Under the pieces are notes generated by a model, which was given only the letters and a program-made list of their open reading frames with translations, searched no databases and was not told where the DNA came from. A DNA stretch of 64,000 nt from Amphiscolops sp. MND2022 (taxonomy: Eukaryota). The DNA lies in contig OZ076409.1 of NCBI GenBank assembly GCA_964187785.1, forward strand, positions 65,722,001 to 65,786,000, written 5' to 3'. Below, piece by piece: positions 53,705-64,000 of the stretch (position 1 is the stretch's first letter; each line of letters opens with the position of its first letter). The position numbers and the translations under genes are program-made.

Positions 53705-56700
53705 GTCTGTAAAGAGCTGGGATAGTAATAGGCCTTTCATTTTTACAATTGCGTATGAATGTATTTCAAAATGATTGTTGAATTTTCACTTATTGTTGTT
53801 ATTAATTTATACTGGTCTCACAACAGAATTCCGCCTGTCAAACATACACATAGTAAAAATTGGAACGTTTTACGAAGTCACAGTTTAAAGACAGAAGACA
53901 TAACTTTGATGATGGACTGAAAGAAACCATGGATTTTCAATTTTGAGGTAATATGTGGAAGAAGGTTGAAAAACACGGCCTGTGGATTAAGGTTGAAAAA
54001 TTCATTTTTGGTCACATACTTTCCAAATATTTTGAGTGTTTTTAGCACGTTTTATATGCATTAAAGACTCTTTTTAAATGACACTGAAGTCGTTTTTCTA
54101 TTGGGCAGTGGCATGGTTGAGAGATGCAGGTTGAGAAAAGTTAATTACCTTTAATCAACCTGCATCATTTAAGTTATGCACATTCGAAACAATTTTGTGA
54201 TCATTCGAATGGATCGCAGTCTAAATATCGATTAGAATAGCGAACTCAACGTTTCACATGATGAAACTTCATAGATTCAATATATCGGAACTTTGCAGCC
54301 ATGCCTCAACAATTCAATGAATAATTTTTTGATTTGAGGAACTTTCGAACGAGGAAACGTACGTTTATTCAAATGTATATTGATTAAAGTTACACTTTTT
54401 GAAGCAAAAAATCGCCTTAAACCATAGCTGAAGGACTGCTTCCAGAGATACCAATAGACCAAATGCGTCATAAATCAAGTATCTGAATTGCACCCTTAAT
54501 AATAGCCAATACTTTTTGCAGTACACTGTTGTTTTAATTCAAGTTTTGAATTATTGAACTGGAATTATGTTGACATTTAGTGCCAATATTGCTATGTTTT
54601 TATTGGATTCAGAAACAAGACGCCCGACGGAAGAAACATTTCCGCCCCAAAATTTTCCACAACGAAATAAACTTGCGGCTCAAGAGCAGCAAATGCACTA
54701 TAAACATGCTAAGAAAGTCGAAGAAAAGAAAGTTTTGATTCATCTTAGCCCATTTTAAAAGAAAAGGCCTAAATTTTAAACACGCTAAGTACCTGATTGT
54801 TGTGTTGTTGAACTTGTGGATACAAGTACTTAACGAAACAAATTTCTGAATTTCTGCACAAAACGTCACCAAAACTTTAAAAAAAATTAGCAAGTTTTGA
54901 TACTTTTGACAATGTTGGGGTCATTTTGAGTTACATTTTCAACAAAAACATACTGGGTACCGAGTTCAGTCGTTGTTGAATGTTTACACCATTCTAATCC
55001 ACGAAATAGCTCTAAAATTTCACACAAAATTGCACAAAAAGGTCGTTTTGTTAATTTTCGGGTCATTCTGAGGTTTTCTTTCTATGTGGGAAACTGCAAA
55101 ATGCATTCCTTTTGAAGACGTACTGTATAGCTAATGACTTCGCTTGGAGCTTATTGAGTATATAATATTTGACAAATAAGGTCGAAAAAAGTATTTTACG
55201 TTTTCCAGTGTAAAATGTTTTCCAGTATTTTATTTTCCAGTTTTTAAAACGCGTTTCCAGTGTTTTCCAGTATTTAATGTTTAAAAAAATATTCAAATAT
55301 TGCACCAATTTTTTCAGCAAATAGTTTTAACATGCTCAGACATCCATGATTGCCACTATGTGAATTGATCTCGCTTGAGACCCCTGTGTGTCCTCATAAA
55401 CAATTACAACTTTCATACATAGATCCCCAGAATTGCACCTACTATTACGTCATTAGGGGAGGTCTTGTAGGCTTGATAAATTGTAATATCAGTAGAGATA
55501 ATTACATCGGGAAGGAAAAGAAGACTTGGACAGGAAGGTGTTAGAAGAAGATGATGATTCTTGAAAAATTCCCTAAAAGGTGAATGACATATTTGATGAA
55601 CCAAGAAGGAAGTTTTAAGGAGGGGAAACTAACGAAGCAGGAGAAGCAGAAGCAGCAAGCGGTTTTCTGAGCAGCGGAAACGATCTGTGACTCTGCTGCA
55701 GGGGCGATGATGCAGAAGAAAGAGGAGCAAATCGAGGGAATTGAAGGCTAGGATAACTCAAGTGGAAACTGCAACTGTTCAAGAAATTGTTTTGCAACAG
55801 AAAACTATTTGCAGAGACTTTACACAACAATATCTCAGTTGCTGATAAAATTATATGGGAATGTCTTCTAACAACTCGAGGTTGATCCTCACAGCACTAA
55901 AATGTTCTCCATGGTTTTTCGTACTGTAAATTCGTACTGTAAAAAATAATGTAGTGTAACATATTTATGTTTTTCATTTCACTAAAATTTTTCAGGGCTT
56001 CTATTTCTGCGACACCGTTTCTTGTAACTTCGAGCAAACTTCGATTGATCATAAATCATATGAGAAACTTGAAATTGGTCAAAAACGGTGTTTCATCTGA
56101 AGTTTTTTGTTTGAATTTTGTTCAAATTGTGATACTTGAGAGTGCGGCACTGTCACTTTTCTGACCTTTTCTTATCGCTCACAAATCATACTGGTTCTTT
56201 CCAAGGTAGTTTATCGAGTTGCTGACGGCATATGCCAATTGCTTCACGAACTTTGACGTTATCATAGTTCGTAATTTTTTTGGCGTTATCGTGACATGAC
56301 TGAACTATGAATGTACTACGAATTGCAGAGTTTCAACCCGGGAAGTGATTACTTCTTTTACTTGAAGTTCACTACGGGGTATATCACGTTATAAATTGAA
56401 GATTCTGCAAAAAACTCAGATAACTTTAAATTTCATTCATTTCCTATTCGAATTTCTAATCAACTTGAACCAATTTGACCTACTTTTTTTAAAAAAAACA
56501 GCGAGTAGTTTGTTTCTCCAGACCACAGATCTCTTACAGTAAGGTGCTTGTGTGTTGTGTTCTAGGATTATGATAAAACGAGAGGTTTACTGAAATGTTC
56601 AATTAACACTAAGCCATCTCTATTGTGAAATGTATTCAACTAACGGTATTATTCTCTACAAACCGATGATCGCCAGACTGTGATTAATGCTAATTGGGGT

Positions 56701-56870
56701 ACCGGTCTCAAGAACGGCAGAGTTAAATACAGTTCATTTTTTAACCATACAACTACGTTTCACAGACTTTACGCCTAGGATCTAAAGCGCAGCTAAAATA
56801 TACTCCAGGAGCCTTTTTGGAGTATTACGCATTTTTACAGTTAAGTCACATTTTTACAGTTATATACATG

Positions 56871-57060
56871 TATATCTTTTTGCGTGATTGTTGAAAATCC
56901 ATGAATACTTGGTTTTCACATGAATTCTCGTTTCTAGTTAAAAGCAAATCTGCTCGGTTTGACAAGACTGAAGTGCAGATTTGCTCTTAACTAGAAACAA
57001 AAATTCATGTGAGAACCAAGTATTCATGGATTTTCAACAATCACGCAAAAAAAAGATATA
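56871..57060. repeat. Long hairpin / MITE-like inverted repeat
   Basis: About 83-bp arms (TATATCTTTTTGCGTGATTGTTGAAAATCCATG...AGCAAATCTGC) with a few mismatches around a ~21-nt spacer. TA-rich flanks. Confidence 0.9.
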
Positions 57061-57576
57061 TAGTCTTTAATGTCGCATAAATTAAGAAGAGATGTGTTTT
57101 CGAGAAAAAAGCTTTCGCAGAAAATCTCTGGAAATTTCTGGCTAAAAGCAGTTTTTTTATAGAAAAAATATTTCTAATAACTCTTGAGTCTGGTGTAATT
57201 TCCAAGACGTAATTCAAAATTCATTTAATGTTTTATGAAGTGTCAGTATTAAAAAGATAGATTTTTCGCAGGATGCTACATGAAAATAGATAATTCCTGT
57301 CCTTATTTGTGTCAGGATTTTGAATAAAAAATTCCCAGGCCAAAGAAAAGTACTCGTTTCCTTTTTCAAGCATCTTAAAACGAACTGAAGTGGTTGGCAT
57401 CGTTCCCCCTGATTACAAACACGAATATTCCCAATATTGTTAACATCCCAAGTATGATAAAAATTCGTCATTTTAGACATTTAAAGCCACCCTCAGGAAA
57501 ATAATTTATTATGGGAATGCACACGGGTTAATCAACTGAGAACAGTTCAAGTTGAAATCCGCAGAAGTTCACGAGG

Positions 57577-57845
57577 TGTTATAGGGTTTCTTTATACTCA
57601 GTAACTTGTATTTCTTTTTAGATTACAAAGAGGAGAGCAGAGCAAGAATCTATTCATTAACTAGACCATGTGGTGAAATGGTTCACCGTTTCTTTTAGTG
57701 ATCTACGATTCTGCTGGTACTATTGACAATGTTGATAAATATATAAATAGACAACACAGTTTTGATAATTGAACATACTATGATTGACAGTTGTATATAT
57801 GTTTCAATTAAAGTTTCTTTTAGTCTTTTTGTCAACCCTGTCACA
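57577..57845 (-). repeat. 3' LTR (269 bp)
   Basis: TGTTATAGGGTT...AACCCTGTCACA, repeat of 62685-62953. Confidence 0.96.
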
Positions 57846-57937
57846 CTCCTCCTTCTTTGCTTTCTTGGCCATCTCTGTTCGGGTATATGTTAACACAAAA
57901 ATTTAGGGTTGTAGTTCGTTAGATGTTGTTTGTAGTT

Positions 57938-60900
57938 TTATCGTATACTATCTTCGCTTGACGAGATGTTAATGATTTCGGTTTTGTCCATTGTTGTGGA
58001 TTTTTCTACATCGCAGATCATTACGGTGTCTCCGTAATATTGTGGTGCTCTTCTACTTCTTTGGGATCTTCTTTCTCCCGTCGATGTACTCGGTTCGTTG
58101 TCCGTGTCGATGTTTTGTTCTTCATTTGTTTCTGTGGGTTCTATTTTTGTAGTCCCCTAGTTTACCGTGGCTTTTATGGCGTTTGGAGTAGTTTTACGTT
58201 TTTGTATTGTCTCCTCTTCATCTTCCGATTCGAAGAAAATATCTTGCCAATTAGCGAGTCTTTTGAATTCCGTTGGAATTTTCTTACTTAGCTTCTTCTT
58301 TGGTGAAGTTGGGGAGTTGCTTTTCTTTGGTCGCGCAGTTTTATTTGGTTCATCAATGTTGGCGTCTTGTGATTGGTTGTTGGTTTGTGCTGTTTGGTAT
58401 AGATTGGCCAGTTTGTGTGAAGTAGCCACTTCACGCTTACTCAATAGTGTTGGCAGTGATTTGCCTCTTTCTTTTATTTTGAGCGTGTGTGGTGTTTCGT
58501 TGATGATTCGGCCTTTCTTCTTCTTGTATGTTGCCTCCAGTTTTGAACCTCTGGCACGTTCTCTCACCAGAATTTCTGAGTCCTGGTCCGCCGGGAAATC
58601 ACTCATCTCCAGTTCGAAGTTGCTGTCTTTGTCTGAAACATTGTAGTTTGGTTGTGGTTTAGTAGTTATTATATCTTTGACAGTAGTAAATTTTCGATTT
58701 GTATGTAGTTCCGCTGGTGACAATTTATTTTCTTTGGGGGCAGTTCGCAGTGCGTATAGTAGTTCAGATAATCCGGTGTTTTCTTTATCCAGTACTATTG
58801 TTTTATTTGTCCTTAATCGTTCGTTTATAGTGCGGATTAATCTTTCTACTTTGCCATTGCCCCTGTGATCGTAGATCGGGCAGATAATGTGTTCAATGAA
58901 ATATTTACGACAAAAATTTTGGAATTTTTCGCTTTTAAATGCTGTTCCCGGGTCTGTACGAATTCGTCGTGGTATTCCATTATTTGCTATATAGTTAGTT
59001 AAAAATTCTATTACTTTGGAGGTGGTTGGGGCGCGGAGAAATTTTGCGTCAGGCCAACTTGATTTACTATCTACCGAGACTATGAGATATTTCTTTGAGC
59101 TACGGGCGATTTTGAACGGTCCCGCGAAGTCGATTGCTATTTCTTCATTTATTGTTATTGGAGTTGGGAGTTTACCGAATTGTTTTTGTTTTAAAAGAGG
59201 TTTAATCGACTTACCCGCATTTTGACATTCCAAGCACGATTTTGTAAGAAGTGTGATATCTCGGTGGATACGTGGCCACCATATATCCGAAATTTGACGT
59301 AACATTTGGTCGCGGCCAGGGTGTCCCCAATGTAATGAATTTTTGATCGGGGTTTGTAATACTTTTGGGATTATGAGACGGTCATCTAAGTATAAGAGAT
59401 CGTTTTCATCTAGTGAAAGAGAAGTAAAACGTTCACGCCACGGGCTGTCGAGTGCTTTTATTTTAGCTTTTGTGGGATTCTTGACTAGATTGATGATTTT
59501 TTGTAAATTTTCATCATCCTTGTAATTGGCGATTAGTAAGTTTTCACCAATTTTATTGGCAATTGGTAATTTTGACTCAAATTTTTGGGAAATTGAATTA
59601 CCTGCAATCGTATTGATTGAGTTTGTTTGTCCCATTTTGTTGTCGTTGTTGAATTGCAATGTATTGCGTGCTTTGAATGAATCGCGAATGCTTTCACTTT
59701 TACTGCGTTCATCGTCACGTCTCAATTTGATCCAATGGCGGCCTCTGATTGGTCCGTTGAATTCTTCAGCTAAAATGCTATTTACATTATTTACATGATT
59801 CACTGTGAACCAGTTGTTCCACAATTCTTCTGCTTTCACGCTTGTACCTTCTATTGGGGATGGGTGTCTTGACAAGTAATCTGCAATTCCGATCGTTCTG
59901 CCTGGAGCATGGAAGATTTCAAAATCGAGAGGAAGTAGACGATCAACCCATCTTGTGAGTCGGCTTGAGTATGTTTTATTACCTTTGTTACTTTTTAAAA
60001 CGGTGGCTAGTGCTTTGTGATCGGATACGACTTGGAATTTTATCCCGTAAAGATAGTTTTTGAAGTGCTCGACTGCCCAGACAACTGCCAATAACTCAAG
60101 TTCATTAATTGAGTATTTTTCTTCTAATGGTGTGAGGAAACGTGAAGCGAAGTGGATTGGTCTCCAACCAATTTCTTCTTGCTGTTGTAGTACAGCACCT
60201 ACACCTGCTTTACTGGCGTCGCAAATAATTCTTATTTTTCCGCTTTTCTTGAAGTGACCTACTTCTTGACTTGTTTAATTATTTCTTCGAAGGCTTTGTC
60301 ATGACTTTCGGTCCAACACCATACTTTGTCTTGTTTCAACAATGGGCGTAATTTAAAGCATAGTTGTGCCAAATTGGGTATGAACCTGTTTAGTTGATTC
60401 ACTGCGCCCAAATATGACCTTAGTTCTTTTAAATTTTTTGGTTTAAGCTTGTCAGTTATCGCTTGAATTTTTGTGTTGATTGGTTTTATTTCTGTTTGTG
60501 TTAGGTGGTACCCTAACTATTCTATTTCGCTTTGTGCGAATTTGCATTTCTCCCATTTTAGCCGTATGTTCGCTTTATCTAGTTTTTCTAGTACGTGTTT
60601 TACCCTTTCGTAATGGTCTGCTTGGCTTCCTTTTGTTACTATTAGTATGTCATCCAAAAAGACATACGTATTTGCACTGTTGGATAATTTTTTATCCATA
60701 ACTTTCTGGAACTCGGTATGCATCACTGTGAGTCCATAGAATCCAGTGATGAAGCGATATGTTCCCGTTGCTTTGCCGCCTATTATTTGGAAATTGCAGT
60801 GGCGTGCCGTTTCCTCATCTAATGGTATTTGACCATAAGCATATCGCATATCTAACGAAGTGTACCACGCTTGTCCGCTTTTGTTATTATCTAGCTGTTC

Positions 60901-62685
60901 TGCTACCATGTCTACGAGATGTTCTAAATTCGGCATTTGATATTTGTCTTTAATTAATTCGTTGTTTAGCGCGCGTGCGTCTAGTGCGATTTTCACGCTT
61001 TTATCTCGCTTTACTGTTATTACGACCGGTTGAATAAATTGTTTATCTGTTATATCTGTTACTCGTTCAATATGTCCTTCATTTAATAGTCTTTCAATTT
61101 CTTCTTGGACCGCGTCTTGTAATTGGATAGGTACTCGTCTACCTTTCTGTTGCGTTATTTTAGCTTCTGGTTTGAATTCAATTTTTACAGTATGATCACG
61201 AATTTGTCCTTGTTTTGTGAACAGGGAAGAAAATTGGTTTTGTAGTTTAATCTTTTCGTTATTGTTATCATTATCGTTCCAAGTTTTTGGTTTAGTCTGT
61301 TCACTTGGTTGCGCTGTTTTATTTGGTTGTTTAATAATTTGTTTAATTGTGTAAATAGCTTTGTTACCTTCGTCTTTTGTTGGAGATACGAATTTGTAGT
61401 TGAATGCATTCAACCAATCACGTCCAATTAGTGACTTCGCGCCTTTGTCTGCAATCAATATTCGGGCTTTGTTTAGTTTGCTATCACCCACTTCTAGATG
61501 ACAGAATATGTAGCCCAATAGTTGTAGCTTCCGTTTGTTGAAGTCCACATATTCCTCGTCTGCTGGTAGTTCTCTGATGAATAATGTTTTGCGCTTCATT
61601 ATTTGTTTTATTTCGTCGATAGCAAATATTGTCACGGGTGATCCAGAGTCTACCATTGTTTGGAATGGATTTCCGTTTATTTTTCCTTTCATGGTGAATT
61701 GTCCTTTGTTATCGCCCTCGATTGTGAGTACTACCTTCCCGTCATCCACTATTGAATCTTCGCTGCTTTCACTCCACTCATCAATACGTTGAATATTTTG
61801 AGGAGGTTTTGCTACTTTGCGATTTTTCGCAAATGTTCCGGCTCCTCTAGTTTGGCAACATCGGGCAAAATGTCCTTTCTTCCCGCATTTCATGCAAGTG
61901 ACGCCCAAAGCTTTACACTCTTTTAAATGTTGTGGTGTGAATACTCCTTCACATCTGAAGCACTTTTTGGTTGGTCCCCATCGTTTATTGGTTTGGTTAA
62001 TATTATTCACGTCAGTTACTTCAGTTTTTATGTTTGGCTTGTCTAATGTGCCAAATGATTGTTGTCTCAATGTGCCTTCTTCATACGCAACTGCAAATTG
62101 AATTGTTTCAGCCGCTGTTGGTTTTGGTTCTGTGCACAGTTTTTGTTGAATTTCTTGATTTATCATGTTCACAGTGAAAACATCTTTCACTAAACTATCT
62201 GTTATTGCGCCAAAGTTGCACTTTGCGGCTAACCCATTTAGTTCGTTCCAGAAGTTCTTCAATGATTCGCCTTCTTTTTGCTTTCTGGATAGAAATTTGA
62301 AACGATCAAGAGTTTCATTTTTCGGCTTCTCGAAGCAGTCTTTGCAGTTCTTTAACAGATCGGGGAGTGATATGGTTGCTATGTTGGTGGTGGGAAACTT
62401 GTCAGCGATTGATTTGCGTCCTGCTGATCCCAGTGCAAGGTAAAGTATACTGATAGCTTGCTTGGTAGCTGGTATTTCGTCGAGATCTCCCATTAAACTT
62501 TTTTCTTTATTTCCCGTTTTGATCAATTCTGCGATTGATATGTTGTTTTTGGCCATTAATGCCACTTCGAATAGATCTCGCCATTTTTCCCATTCTAGTG
62601 TAGGGTTTTTGGAGGCATCTTGCCAATAAGTTGGAAGTCCTGCTATTGCCTGGGTTCCCGTAGAAAGTTCGGCTCGCAGCGCCAT
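57938..62685 (-). pseudogene. Disrupted gag-pol of Mag-like Gypsy element
   Basis: Gag with CFRC..H..C and CMKCGKKGHFARCC, protease VDSGS, RT FLDD, RNase H CDAS, integrase HWGH..CLEC/IDFA/TDPG/VER. Lesions: TAG at 60517-60519 (IE*LGY), frameshift near 60265, TAG at 58157-58159. After the last, the frame continues (RRSQRSRRAPQYYGD) to TAA at 57938. Confidence 0.93.
62672..62684 (-). promoter_or_regulatory. Primer binding site (tRNA-Ser type)
   Basis: Minus strand TGGCGCTGCGAGC directly after the LTR. Its complement GCTCGCAGCGCCA resembles tRNA-Ser(CGA/UGA) 3' ends. Confidence 0.8.
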
Positions 62686-62953
62686 GTTATAGGGTTTCTT
62701 TATACTCAGTAACTTGTATTTCTTTTTAGATTACAAAGAGGAGAGCAGAGCAAGAATCTATTCATTAACTAGACCATGTGATGAAATGGTTCACCGTTTC
62801 TTTTGGTGGTCTACGATTCTGCTGGTACTATTGACAATGTTGATAAATATATAAATAGACAACACAGTTTTGATAATTGAACATACTATGATTGACAGTT
62901 GTATATATGTTTCAAATAAAGTTTCTTTTAGTCTTTTTGTCAACCCTGTCACA
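62685..62953 (-). repeat. 5' LTR (269 bp)
   Basis: Repeat of 57577-57845. Confidence 0.96.
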
Positions 62954-64000
62954 CGAGGAAGAACCATTAAATTTCGCGCTAATTTCACGCATTTTCTTGT
63001 CCAAAATTTGAAAAACTTTTTCGTTCGGCTTTGACATACAAAAAGAACATTTTTTTTCAGAGTTGCTAAATCTAAATATTGACTCAGTTATTTCACGCTT
63101 TTATCTTCGGTCATAATAATACCACATAATTGATCTAACTTAACATCGTTTTGCATTTTTTTTCAGTTTTCTGAGAAATTCGACAACTTTCATTTCCTCG
63201 AGACATTTATTTCATCGATGATCATTTAAAAATCAATCATTTTTCTGCTGTTGCAGCCATAATGTCTCATTCTATGCATGCTCTTAAACTGAAGCTGAGT
63301 TTCACCATTAATATTTTTTCCTAAAGCTTTCCTTTCTCACTTGAAATTTTATCCACGCGCTTACTTTCTCATTGTTTGTATTCCTTTTACGTCGAAACAG
63401 TGGAAAAAACTTGAATAGGCTGCCATTATGTCAAAAAGCGATGACTGCTTTAAGATGAAAGAAAATCAAATTCAATAACTTAATAAGTCAGAAAAACGTT
63501 AGTAAGAGAGTTTTAAAATTTCAGAGCCGTGATTTTTCAGGGGCCTTAGATCTACTCAAAACTGACTGCGCTTGGGGGAAATCCTTCAGCCTAATTGCGT
63601 TTTCAATATAAGACTTATAATACATTGAAAATACAGAACAAGCGCTTAAGTAAAATTTAAGAGTTTTCTTAGATTAATCTAACAATATTTTCATTGTTTC
63701 ATCAGGGAAGACGAAACTAGAATTTTCCATGATGAACTGTGTAAGTAATCTAACGCTGGTAATCCGCAGGTGGTAACCGTCCCCAGTAAATATTTAAATT
63801 TAAAAAATCATGGTGCCGATATTCTGCAAAAAATCAAAACTTTCTTTTTATTTCAACCCAATAATCCTATAACAAGAACAATGTTTCGATGAATAATCTT
63901 TTTACATATAAATCGAATACTTTTATTATGCTCTTTGCTACGATGCTTGCAACAAATCCAAAAAGTTTCGAAGAAATAGCAAAAAAAGTGTTTTAATAGC

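Larger units (their letters stand above)
57577..62953 (-). mobile_element. Full-length, inactivated Ty3/Gypsy (Mag-like) LTR retrotransposon (5377 bp)
   Basis: 269-bp TG...CA LTRs with 4 differences seen, 5-bp TSD CGAGG (57572-57576, 62954-62958), PBS, PPT (plus strand CTCCTCCTTCTTT at 57846) and gag-pol. Confidence 0.97.

Overview
AT-rich, repeat-dense eukaryotic (invertebrate-like) DNA. I could not support any intact host gene. Three full-length LTR retrotransposons cover about 34 of the 64 kb. (1) A 9.4-kb BEL/Pao element (7841-17280, +) has a 5-bp TSD TAAAT and TG...TA LTRs that each contain a tRNA-like A/B-box module. It also has an extra SGNH-hydrolase-like ORF and four co-varying hairpins upstream of gag-pol. 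(2) A 19-kb Ty3/Gypsy element (26119-45169, -) has apparently identical 708-bp LTRs. Its 3219-aa polyprotein carries a tandem pseudo+active protease, a dUTPase-like spacer and C-terminal TARG1-like macrodomain(s). A second 1364-aa ORF in the env position contains another SGNH-like domain. (3) A 5.4-kb Mag-like Gypsy element (57577-62953, -, TSD CGAGG) has two nonsense codons and a frameshift, and its gag ATG is formed by the LTR/PBS junction. The rest is Helentron/DINE-1-like non-autonomous elements, foldback/MITE-like hairpins, microsatellites and a diverged tandem duplication. The best candidate for a new system is LTR retrotransposons of two superfamilies each carrying SGNH-fold accessory proteins, plus macrodomains in the giant Gypsy. 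All domain calls were made by eye from motifs; no searches were run.
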